Shown here: one piece after another, positions 8,130-17,374 of the stretch | Numbering within the stretch: position 1 is the first letter of the stretch | How the letters are laid out: every line of letters starts with the position of its first letter | Assembly (NCBI GenBank): GCA_938091905.1 | Contig: CALKOM010000141.1 | Span: forward strand, 1 to 29,477 | Origin: an uncultured Verrucomicrobiales bacterium | GTDB lineage: Bacteria > Verrucomicrobiota > Verrucomicrobiia > Verrucomicrobiales > DEV007 | DNA: 29,477 nucleotides | Direction of reading: 5' to 3' | Position numbers and translations under genes: made by a program | The notes under the pieces: generated by a model | What the model was told of the DNA's origin: nothing | The model's database searches: none | The model's input: the letters and a program-made list of their open reading frames with translations, nothing else

Positions 8130-11100
8130 ATGAATGGCTTTAGCCAACGACCCAGGGAACCTCGCGGGTGGTGGTGTCAAACTGCCCTCGCTCTGTTGAT
8201 CACATTAGTTGTGAACCCCTCGCATGCCAAGGAGATCGGCTTCGTCGAGCGCTTTGCCCTGGCCGAGAATCGAGCCGACGTACTCGAAGAACTGATACCT
8301 GGCACAGAAGATTACTACTACTTCCATGCCTTGCACTATCAGAACACGGGAGAGAAGACGAAGTTCAATGGTATTCTGGGCCAATGGCGCAAGCGGTTTG
8401 AGAAGTCGTCGCGTCGCGGGGTTCTTGAGAACCGTCAGGCCTTGATCGGTTATGAGGACAATCCTCAAGCGACACTCGACTATCTGAAGAAAGCACTCGG
8501 ACTGCACTTCAATCATCAGCGAGAGCGCAAGCAGACCGATCCCAGTTTGGCAACGACGCTGGACCCGGCCCTGATTTCCATGGATGCCATCGTCAAACAG
8601 GCGCTTCGGGACGACAGGAAATTGGGCGAGGTCGGATCGGCCGGGATTGATTGGCTGATGCTCAACTGGAAGAGCCTGGACCTCTCCGTACCACAGAAAC
8701 GAGCAATCCTGTCCAAGCTCAGCCGCCCCGACTATCCGGATCTGGTTGAAGCCATTGTCGAGGATCTGAGACGCAAGGAAAGCAAAGGCTTTGGCGAACA
8801 TTCCATCCACCGACTGCTGACATTAGCCCAGATGAAGGCGTTGGGAGAGAAACGGTCGTCATTGTTAGGAGAGGAAACCTACGTGCTCACGGTTCTAAGC
8901 AAGATGCATCCCAATGCGGAGATCGACATGGACCGAAACCCAGACGAGCGCGCGGCTTATCTAGAGCGGTCGTGGGACTTTGTCTCGGGATTGGGAGGCG
9001 GCTTTCATTCGCTCAAGGCCCATGTGCTCTACCAGCAACTCAAGCTCGATGAGAGTCGTGGGGAGTACAAACGCGACCGTTTCCTCACCTACTTGAAGCT
9101 GCCGCGTCCGGTGCCGTATCTCAATGTGAAGTACCGGGATCGGATGGAACTCTGGCGCCATCCGGTGAATATGGACTTCGATTGTTCGACCGCCACAGGC
9201 TTGGCCCCCATTGTGAACGATGAGGCAGTGGTGCGTTCTTACCTCCTTCACTTCCTCACAGGTGCCAGCGACTTCAAAGAGTTCGCGCCGTATGTGACCG
9301 AGGACTATTTAAAGACGGTCCAGGCCGAGGCTAATATTGTCGGCGGGCGTGGGGATGCCGAACAATGGGCTTCCCAACTGACGCCATCAGCCTATCAAGC
9401 ACTCAAAGAACGTGTGGACCTCGATTTCGATCCCACGTGCCAGGAGCACTTTACACCAGGCGAACGCGTGCGTGTCGCCCTTCACGTCAAGAACGTGGCA
9501 AATCTCATTGTGAAAATCTATGAGATCAACACCGAGAGCTACTACAGAAACTTCCAACGGCCAATCAATACGGACCTGAACCTGGATGGCCTGGTCGCGA
9601 ACGAAGAACTCGCCTTTGACTACGATGTCAGTCCGTTTCAACGTGTGAAACGAGAGTTCGATTTCCCGCAATTGGACACTGGGCGCGGCGTGTGGGTGTT
9701 AGAGTTCATTGGCAACGGCAAGAGCAGCCGGGCGCTCATCCGTAGGGGCGGTTTGCAGTATTTGATGCAGCCCGGCAGCGCGGGGCATGCCTTGCGGTTA
9801 TTGGACGAGAAACACCAAGCCGTGCCCAATGCCTACGTTTGGATGCAAGACAAGCGCTACGACCCAGACGAGTCCGGAGAAGTCGTGATCCCCTTCTCAA
9901 ATAGCCCAGGTAGACAAACGATCATCCTCAATGACGGGCAAGGCTTCGCCAGTTTGGAGAATCTGGTATTGCAAGGTGAGAACTACAAACTGCAGGCTGG
10001 ATTCTATGTTGATCGGGAAGCCTTGATTGGCGGACGGCAAGCAGTTCTGGCCGTGCGGCCACAATTCACCCTAAATGGGCTGCCTAGCGACGTGAAGCTG
10101 TTAGAGAATGTCGTCCTGACGCTCACCTCAACGGATTTCGACGGCGTGGAATCGACGACCACGGTGGAGGATTTCCAACTCTTCCCGCACAAGGAATCAA
10201 CGCACAAATTTCGGGTGCCAAATCGTTTGAATCGCTTGGCCTATCGACTGACCGCTAAGGTCAAGAACCTGGGTCAGGGAAAGGAGATCAATCTCCAATC
10301 AGCGGATCAATTGATGATCAACGAGATCGATCAGACAAATGCAGTGTCCGATCTCTATCTCAGCAAGGTTGCCGAAGGCTATCGCGTGCAATTGCTAGGG
10401 CGCTCGGGCGAACCCTTGCCGAACCACGCCATCAATCTCAGTCTGCGTCGAGATGATTTCCGCGACAACGTGCGTACAACGTTAAAGACTGATGACTCCG
10501 GCACCGCTCATCTTGGAGCACTAGAAGAGATCTACCGGGTCACGGCCGAGGCTCCTAATAGCCGTAAATATCGCTGGGTTCTACCAGTGGACCAGCGGCT
10601 CTACCCATCGACAATACACGCGAGGGTCGGAGAGAATATTCGAATTCCCGTCATGAATAGATCAGACGCCGGGAGAGAGGCTTTCTCACTCCTGGAGCAG
10701 GTGAACGGCTCCTATGTTAGGGACTGTTTGGATACGGTTTCTCTGGATGGCGACTATGCCGAGATCAAGGGGCTATCGCCAGGGAATTACCTATTCTATC
10801 TCAAGAAGGCGAAACACGGCCTCACCATCCGAGTTTCCAGCGGCGTGGATACCGAGGGCTTTCTCCTGGCCAAGGGAAGGACGTTGGAGAAATCGAATGA
10901 GACCTCACTCCAGTTGGAGCCTCTGAAGACCGTGGGTGAAAACTTGGTGATTCAATTGGCCAATACCAACGCCTTGACACGAGTTCACGTGTTGGCAAGT
11001 CACTATGTGCCGGCCTTCGAATCGTTCGATGCCTTGGGCCTCGGTTCGGGTTTTGATCCGATATTGGGTGTGCCGGCAAAGTCAAAGAACCACTATTTAT

Positions 11101-14100
11101 CCGGTCGGGCCATTGGTGATGAGTATCGCTACATCATTGAACGGCGATTTGCCGAGAAGCATCCTGGCAATATGCTAAAACGACCCGGTTTACTGTTGAA
11201 TCCATGGTCATTGCGAGACACGTCGACGGAAATCCAAGATCTCAAGGAAGGCCAAGAGTGGAAGTCTGAGGCTGAGCCCCAAGCATCCCTGGCCAAGCGC
11301 CGATCTGCAAGGCAACGCCGAGGAGAAGAAGGCGGCTTGCGTGATCCCCACGCCTTTCACTTTCTGGCCCAATCTTCCGTGACCGCTTACAATGTGGCAC
11401 CGGATGAGAATGGCGTCATTCTGCTGAAGCTCGCCGACCTGGCCGACTGCCGTTATGTGCGGGTCCTCGCCATGGATCCCATGACTTCGGTCGAGCGCAA
11501 TCTGGCGCTTCCAGCCGGTCCAGTGAAAACCTTGGACCGCCGATTGGCCAATGGCCTCAACGCAAAGCGACACTTTCTACAGCAGGATCAAGTGACCATT
11601 CTTGAACCAGAGAAGGCCTTTGTAATCGAGGACGCTGTGTCCTCAGAGTTTGAAATCTATGAAACGCTGGGAAGTGTCTATCAGTTGTTCAGAACATTGA
11701 ATGGGGATTCTAAATTAGAGGAATTCTCGTTCCTCCTGGATTGGCCTGGTTTGGAGGAAGCCAAGAAACTTGAGCTCTACTCAAAGTACGCGTCTCACGA
11801 ACTCAGCTTCTTTCTTCACCAAAAGGATCCAGCGTTCTTTGAATCTATTATTCTACCTTACTTGGAGAACAAGAAGGACAAGACCTTCATGGATCATTAC
11901 TTGTTAGGGTATGATCTCAATCCTTATCTGGAGCCCTGGCGCTTTGCCCGCCTCAACGTGGTCGAGCGCATTCTTATGGCAGGTCGTCTACCAGAACAGC
12001 AGGACGGCATCGTCCGAGATGTGAGCGATTGGTTGGCCATGCTTCCTCCTGAAGAACGCCTGGAACTCACCTCGTTTGGCACGGCCTTGCGTGGTGGCGA
12101 ATTAGACTTTTCCGAGGATGCGTCAACCGCTAGCTTGGGATTGCGTCGGGCGAAGGGGCTGGAGAGCAAACTGAATAGCAGCGTGCGTCTGCAGAAGGCT
12201 GCGCAGCCGCCAGCCGTTAGCTTTGGATTCGACGCCGATGCAGACGAAGCCGTCCCTGAAGCGGCTCGAGGAATTGCCATGGATTCCCTTGCGGCGTTGG
12301 CTGAGGTGGCAGACGAGGAAGAGGCGCTGGGAGAAATCAGTGAAAGCCTGGGTCGCTTCGCTGGTGGCATGGAACAAGCCAGAAAGCAGCGTGGCCGCGT
12401 TCGCCAACTTTATAGGAAGCTGGAAGCGACCCGGGAGTGGGCCGAGAACAATTACTATCACTTGCCAATGGCTAAGCAGAACCGGGAGTTAGTGACCGTG
12501 AACAAGTTTTGGAATGACTTCGCGAGCAGAGATTCCAATCAGCCGTTCATTTCTCGACACGTGACGGAAGCGACCGGCAATTTTACCGAAATGCTGCTGG
12601 CATTGGCAGTGCTCGACTTGCCTTTCGCCGTGGAAGACGACGATGAGAGCGCAACACTGGAAGACACACGTCTCACATTGAAGCCCTCGTCGCCTGCGAT
12701 TCTCTTCCACAAAGAGATTCGCGAAGTGGGCGCGGCAGGACAGGCCGGGCAATTGCTCGTCAGCCAGAACTTCTTTCGGGAAAGCGATCGCTACGAGCAA
12801 CGCGGCACAGATGAAAGAGTAGATAAGTTCGTCACGGAGGAGTTTCTCACCGGCGTTGTCTACGGCTGCCAAGTCGTGGTGACCAATCCAACCTCGTCCC
12901 TCCAGCGTCTCGATCTCCTACAGCAGATTCCTCAGGGCTCGATTCCTGTCAGTGGGAGCAAGGTCATTGCCAATGGCATCCTCCGCCTTGCCCCCTTTCA
13001 GACACACACCCAGGACTATCACTTCTACTTCCCAGCCCAAGGAGAGTTCACCCACTTCCCTGTTCACGTCTCCAAGGACAAGCAAGTCGTCGCCTTTGCG
13101 GAGCCGTTTACTTTCAACGTGGTGGAGGCCTTGACCAAGACAGACACGTCTTCGTGGGACTATGTTTCTCAATGGGGCACGGAAGAGGAAACCCTGGCCT
13201 ATCTGAACAAGAACAATCTTCGTCAAACCGACCTCAGCAAGATTGCCTGGCGTTGTCGCGAGAACGCGGGCTTCTTCACGCAAGTGGTCGCGTTGCTCGA
13301 TGCGCGGCACCACTATAACAGCGTCGTTTATAGTTATGCGCTGCATCACGGGGTGATCGAGCCACTGCGAGACTACTTGCTACACGCGGACGGGTTTCTG
13401 AAACAATGTGGGGCTTATTTAAAAAGCCCACTGGTGTCCATCGATCCAGTCGAACGCCGAAACTATCAGCATTTAGAATACAGTCCCTTGGTCAACGCAC
13501 GCACCTATGCATTAGGCGGCAAGCGCAAGATTCTCAACGACCGATTCCACCAACAGTATGGTCAGCTCATGCAGATCTACAGCCATCGACAGAGTCTGGA
13601 GGATGAAGAACGGATGACGTTAGCCGTCTACTTGCTCCTTCAAGATCGCGTCTCCGAAGGACTAGAAGTCGTAGACAAGATCAATCGCGACACCCTCTCA
13701 ACGCCCTTGCAGTATGATTATCTACAGGCCTACCTCGCCTTCTATCGCGAAGAGCCAAGCACGGCTAGGGCAATCGCTGACCGTTATGCCAATCATCCGG
13801 CGGAGCGCTGGCGCACGCGTTTTAAAGACATGCTGGCACAGCTCGACGAGATTGAGGGGAAAGCTCCCCAGGTCAATGATAGAGACGATCGTGACCAATT
13901 GCAGAATCAGCTAGCAGCAACGGACCCTAGCCTGACCTTCAAGGTCGCGGACGGGAAGCTCGATGTGCTCTACCGGAACATCGAAGAACTAACCGTAAGC
14001 TACTATCGAATGGATCTCGAGTTTCTCTTTAGCACCAATCCCTTTGCTTCTTCTGACGTTGCACGATTCAGCATGATTAAACCCAATCGAACAGATCGCA

Positions 14101-14498
14101 TGACCTTGGATGCCAGCGGCGAAGGACTGGAGATTACATTGCCAGAGGAGTTCAGCGGAGAGAATGTGCTCGTAGAGGTCTCAGGCGGCGGCTTGCGCAA
14201 AGCATCGGCCTACTACTCGAATAGTCTGAATGTGCACCTCTCACCAAACTACGGGCAACTCAAAGTGACCCATGCGGATGATTGGGAACGGCCTTTGACG
14301 AAAGTGTATGTTAAAGTGTATGCCGAGATCGACGGGCAACCACAGTTCTACAAAGACGGTTACACCGATCTTCGTGGCAAGTTTGACTACGCGAGTCTGA
14401 GCACCGATGAAATCGAACGCGCCAGCCGCTTCAGTATTCTCGTCATGAGTGAGTCAAACGGTGCCCTGGTAGAAGAAACCAAGCCTCCGCAGCGGTAG
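8130..14498 (+). CDS. Giant secreted protein of unknown function (2122 aa) with alpha-2-macroglobulin-like segments
   Basis: Uninterrupted 6.4-kb ORF; signal peptide ending SHA-KE; alternating helical and beta-rich regions; no catalytic motif recognised. The CDS is secure, the product call tentative. Confidence 0.85.
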   Translation: MNGFSQRPREPRGWWCQTALALLITLVVNPSHAKEIGFVERFALAENRADVLEELIPGTEDYYYFHALHYQNTGEKTKFNGILGQWRKRFEKSSRRGVLENRQALIGYEDNPQATLDYLKKALGLHFNHQRERKQTDPSLATTLDPALISMDAIVKQALRDDRKLGEVGSAGIDWLMLNWKSLDLSVPQKRAILSKLSRPDYPDLVEAIVEDLRRKESKGFGEHSIHRLLTLAQMKALGEKRSSLLGEETYVLTVLSKMHPNAEIDMDRNPDERAAYLERSWDFVSGLGGGFHSLKAHVLYQQLKLDESRGEYKRDRFLTYLKLPRPVPYLNVKYRDRMELWRHPVNMDFDCSTATGLAPIVNDEAVVRSYLLHFLTGASDFKEFAPYVTEDYLKTVQAEANIVGGRGDAEQWASQLTPSAYQALKERVDLDFDPTCQEHFTPGERVRVALHVKNVANLIVKIYEINTESYYRNFQRPINTDLNLDGLVANEELAFDYDVSPFQRVKREFDFPQLDTGRGVWVLEFIGNGKSSRALIRRGGLQYLMQPGSAGHALRLLDEKHQAVPNAYVWMQDKRYDPDESGEVVIPFSNSPGRQTIILNDGQGFASLENLVLQGENYKLQAGFYVDREALIGGRQAVLAVRPQFTLNGLPSDVKLLENVVLTLTSTDFDGVESTTTVEDFQLFPHKESTHKFRVPNRLNRLAYRLTAKVKNLGQGKEINLQSADQLMINEIDQTNAVSDLYLSKVAEGYRVQLLGRSGEPLPNHAINLSLRRDDFRDNVRTTLKTDDSGTAHLGALEEIYRVTAEAPNSRKYRWVLPVDQRLYPSTIHARVGENIRIPVMNRSDAGREAFSLLEQVNGSYVRDCLDTVSLDGDYAEIKGLSPGNYLFYLKKAKHGLTIRVSSGVDTEGFLLAKGRTLEKSNETSLQLEPLKTVGENLVIQLANTNALTRVHVLASHYVPAFESFDALGLGSGFDPILGVPAKSKNHYLSGRAIGDEYRYIIERRFAEKHPGNMLKRPGLLLNPWSLRDTSTEIQDLKEGQEWKSEAEPQASLAKRRSARQRRGEEGGLRDPHAFHFLAQSSVTAYNVAPDENGVILLKLADLADCRYVRVLAMDPMTSVERNLALPAGPVKTLDRRLANGLNAKRHFLQQDQVTILEPEKAFVIEDAVSSEFEIYETLGSVYQLFRTLNGDSKLEEFSFLLDWPGLEEAKKLELYSKYASHELSFFLHQKDPAFFESIILPYLENKKDKTFMDHYLLGYDLNPYLEPWRFARLNVVERILMAGRLPEQQDGIVRDVSDWLAMLPPEERLELTSFGTALRGGELDFSEDASTASLGLRRAKGLESKLNSSVRLQKAAQPPAVSFGFDADADEAVPEAARGIAMDSLAALAEVADEEEALGEISESLGRFAGGMEQARKQRGRVRQLYRKLEATREWAENNYYHLPMAKQNRELVTVNKFWNDFASRDSNQPFISRHVTEATGNFTEMLLALAVLDLPFAVEDDDESATLEDTRLTLKPSSPAILFHKEIREVGAAGQAGQLLVSQNFFRESDRYEQRGTDERVDKFVTEEFLTGVVYGCQVVVTNPTSSLQRLDLLQQIPQGSIPVSGSKVIANGILRLAPFQTHTQDYHFYFPAQGEFTHFPVHVSKDKQVVAFAEPFTFNVVEALTKTDTSSWDYVSQWGTEEETLAYLNKNNLRQTDLSKIAWRCRENAGFFTQVVALLDARHHYNSVVYSYALHHGVIEPLRDYLLHADGFLKQCGAYLKSPLVSIDPVERRNYQHLEYSPLVNARTYALGGKRKILNDRFHQQYGQLMQIYSHRQSLEDEERMTLAVYLLLQDRVSEGLEVVDKINRDTLSTPLQYDYLQAYLAFYREEPSTARAIADRYANHPAERWRTRFKDMLAQLDEIEGKAPQVNDRDDRDQLQNQLAATDPSLTFKVADGKLDVLYRNIEELTVSYYRMDLEFLFSTNPFASSDVARFSMIKPNRTDRMTLDASGEGLEITLPEEFSGENVLVEVSGGGLRKASAYYSNSLNVHLSPNYGQLKVTHADDWERPLTKVYVKVYAEIDGQPQFYKDGYTDLRGKFDYASLSTDEIERASRFSILVMSESNGALVEETKPPQR

Positions 14499-14506
14499 AA
14501 AGAAAC

Positions 14507-15334
14507 ATGACACCAGCGAACGTTTCTGCCGAGGACTACGTCTTCGGTCCGGCATCAGAAATCTGGCAGGTGAACCGTTATGCGACGGGCCTTCTCTTTG
14601 GCCCAGCTGCCGTACTTCTTCAGGTCGCCCATCCTCGCGTGGCCCAGGGTGTCGCCGAACACAGTGATTTCCGGGGCGATGCCCTCGGTCGATTGAAGCG
14701 TACTCTGACCACCGTCAATTCCATCGCCTTCGGCACCCGTGAAGACGCAGAATACATGCGAAAACGGATGACTGCCGTACATCAGCGCGTCCAAGGAGAC
14801 ACTGCTGAAGGCGTGTCCGGCAAACCTCGCTATTCCGCATTCGAACCTGATCTCCTCATGTGGGTGCTGGCCACGCTGATTGATGCCTCGTTCAAAGGTT
14901 ACGAGTTCGTCTGGGGCCCCCTATCACTTGAACGTCGCGAACACTTCTATCGTGATTTCCGCAAATTCGGTACTTACTTTGGACTGGGCGAGGGAGAAGG
15001 CCCCCAGAACCATGGCGAGTTCGTTGACTACTTCGATTCCATCCTCGCAAGCGACTTGTTAGGCAGTCATCCACTCTGTGCTGAGGTCGCCGCCGCCGTC
15101 GTCCGGCCACCTGCCCCAGTGCACAATTGTTTATTGGGCATGCTTGTCGACTTCCTTCCAATCGAAACCATCTCCTTCACACTTAGAAAACGTCTGCTGC
15201 TAAGATCTACCTACTCGACCCGAGGGCGTATGGCCATGCTCCGCGCCTTGGCTCCCCACGCCTTCCATATTCTTCCGAAACGCCTCACTTACTACCCTGA
15301 AGCTTACCGTGCCGAGCGCGCCCTTCGGCGCTAG
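14507..15334 (+). CDS. DUF2236 / MpaB-like oxygenase family protein
   Basis: LLQVAHPRVAQGVAEHSDFRGDALGRLKRT, VHQRVQG and YSAFEPDLLMWVLATL are family motifs; starts 8 nt after the giant ORF. Confidence 0.88.
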   Translation: MTPANVSAEDYVFGPASEIWQVNRYATGLLFGPAAVLLQVAHPRVAQGVAEHSDFRGDALGRLKRTLTTVNSIAFGTREDAEYMRKRMTAVHQRVQGDTAEGVSGKPRYSAFEPDLLMWVLATLIDASFKGYEFVWGPLSLERREHFYRDFRKFGTYFGLGEGEGPQNHGEFVDYFDSILASDLLGSHPLCAEVAAAVVRPPAPVHNCLLGMLVDFLPIETISFTLRKRLLLRSTYSTRGRMAMLRALAPHAFHILPKRLTYYPEAYRAERALRR

Positions 15335-17103
15335 CGCCGCCAAAGACGCGCAAGTGAAACACCAGCCGCAGTGGCCACCGCAAAAATTCCCAGGCCTGGC
15401 CCGAGATTTCCGTAGAGAATGCAGCCTGTTCCGAGCAGCACCCCATACACCATCACACAACCAAGGACCATGCTGAGGATCCCACGCGGAAGATTCACAC
15501 GCTCGTCGACCTCTGGCACCGACTCCATTTGTGAATATACCGGTCTCCAGCCAGAATCTGGCGGGTTCACCAATCGACAGAAGCTCTCCAGCGTCTCCGG
15601 ATGGGTAGGGCGCGTCAGAAATGTCGCAACGATCCAGGCGATACTCGTAATGACGACATTCAAAGAGAAGACCTGCCAGCCTTCCATCCCGTGATCCTGG
15701 TTCACAACCTGGAAAAACAGCACGACAAAAAGACAGGTGATCATGGCCACGATCTCGCTCCAGGCGTTCACTCGCCACCAGAGCCAGCGTAAGATAAAGA
15801 CAAGCCCGGTGCCTGCGCCAAGTCCCAAGATAAGGTCAAAGATCGCCAAGGCATTCTGTAAGGACAGTGCAAGAGCTCCAGCCAGAATCATCATCACGAC
15901 AGTCGAGATACGTCCCACCTGAACCAGTTCCTTGTCCGTGGCCTCGGGTTTGACAAAGCGTTTGTAGAAGTCGTTTGCCACATAGGCAGATCCCCAATTG
16001 AGATGCGTCGAGATCGTCGACATGTAAGCCGCAATCAACGAGGTGAGTACCAGGCCTAACAAACCGGGAGGAAGCAGGGTCAGCATTGCGGGATAGGCCA
16101 GGTCATCACCCAACTTGTCATCCGTCACATGTGGAAACTTCTCTTGGATGTCACTCAATTCCGGAAAAATGATGAGAGACGCCAGCGCCACGATAATCCA
16201 GGGCCATGGTCGCAAGGCATAATGGGCTACATTAAAGAAGAGCGCCGCCCCCACCGCGTGATTCTCATCCTTCGCCGCAAGCATCCGCTGAGCCATGTAA
16301 CCTCCCCCACCGGGCTCTGATCCCGGATACACAGCAGCCCACCACTGCACCGCGATGGGAATCAAAAAGAGCGAGAAGAGCAAGTTCCGCGACTCCGGTG
16401 TGGAGAGATCAAAGGCAGGCACCAGATCGAGTTTGTCCTTCACATTCGGATGCGCGAACAAGCCTGACAAGCCACCTACCTCAGGCTGTGAAAGCGCCAC
16501 CCAAGCAGCCGCTACCGCACCAACCATGGCGATAATAAACAAAAGAAAATCTGTCAGGATCACACTGCGCAAGCCACCCAGCACACTGAACGCAACCGTG
16601 ACCAAGGATGCCACCAAAATCGATTGCAACGGCGAGAATTGGAACATGATCGCCCCAATCTTGATCGCGGCCAGACTCACTGCTGACATAATCACCACAT
16701 TCAAGCCAATACCTACATAAAGCGCACGAAATCCTCGTAGAAACGCTGCAGGCTTTCCGCTGTAACGAATTTCGTAGAACTCGATGTCGGTCATCACACC
16801 AGAGCGTCGCCAAAGCCGGGCGTAGACAAAAACCGTCAGCATCCCTGAAAGCAAGAAGGCCCACCAAACCCAGTTCCCCGACACGCCGTTTTTTCGGACA
16901 ATGTCCGTGACCAAATTCGGGGTATCCGTGGAAAAGGTCGTCGCCACCATCGAGAAGCCTAACAGCCACCAGGGCATCCCACGCCCCGAGAGAAAGAACT
17001 GAGACGCATCAGACCCAGCCTTGCGGGCCACAGCGATACCTATTCCAAGGGCAATGATAAAGAAACCAATGATGAAGGTCCAATCGATAGTAGCTAGTTG
17101 CAT
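15331..17103 (-). CDS. Sodium:solute symporter (SSS) family transporter
   Basis: FFLSGRGMPWW, SMVATTFS, GGLRSVILTD, AQRMLAAKDE and AAYMSTISTHLN; many transmembrane helices. Confidence 0.95.
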   Translation of the reverse strand: MQLATIDWTFIIGFFIIALGIGIAVARKAGSDASQFFLSGRGMPWWLLGFSMVATTFSTDTPNLVTDIVRKNGVSGNWVWWAFLLSGMLTVFVYARLWRRSGVMTDIEFYEIRYSGKPAAFLRGFRALYVGIGLNVVIMSAVSLAAIKIGAIMFQFSPLQSILVASLVTVAFSVLGGLRSVILTDFLLFIIAMVGAVAAAWVALSQPEVGGLSGLFAHPNVKDKLDLVPAFDLSTPESRNLLFSLFLIPIAVQWWAAVYPGSEPGGGGYMAQRMLAAKDENHAVGAALFFNVAHYALRPWPWIIVALASLIIFPELSDIQEKFPHVTDDKLGDDLAYPAMLTLLPPGLLGLVLTSLIAAYMSTISTHLNWGSAYVANDFYKRFVKPEATDKELVQVGRISTVVMMILAGALALSLQNALAIFDLILGLGAGTGLVFILRWLWWRVNAWSEIVAMITCLFVVLFFQVVNQDHGMEGWQVFSLNVVITSIAWIVATFLTRPTHPETLESFCRLVNPPDSGWRPVYSQMESVPEVDERVNLPRGILSMVLGCVMVYGVLLGTGCILYGNLGPGLGIFAVATAAGVSLARLWRR

Positions 17104-17374
17104 CTGTCAGGGCATTATTAGGAGGTCGTCGAAGGGCAAACTCTTGCACAATGAAGAAAGATCGTGCAATCAGCATCTTCGTCTCGGCTAATATTCCCCA
17201 AGACGCTCTGCCGCAGGCCTTAACGGCATGGCTCTTTCTCATCACGAATCGGTGACACAAAGCTTATAAAAGGAACGATTGGTTCGCCCACCCAAGCGCA
17301 CAACGCGCGCTGCAAGGCAGGCCATCACTTTTCAGCATTGACGATAACACAGGATCTACGATTCTATGTGATTC

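Noticed and set aside
12861..12878. YGCQVV in the giant protein as a possible thioester site
   Set aside because: It lacks the CxEQ spacing and lies in a beta-strand-like context.
15331..15334. Convergent genes sharing a CTAG that supplies both stop codons
   Set aside because: An ordinary 4-nt convergent overlap; no IS sequence adjoins it.
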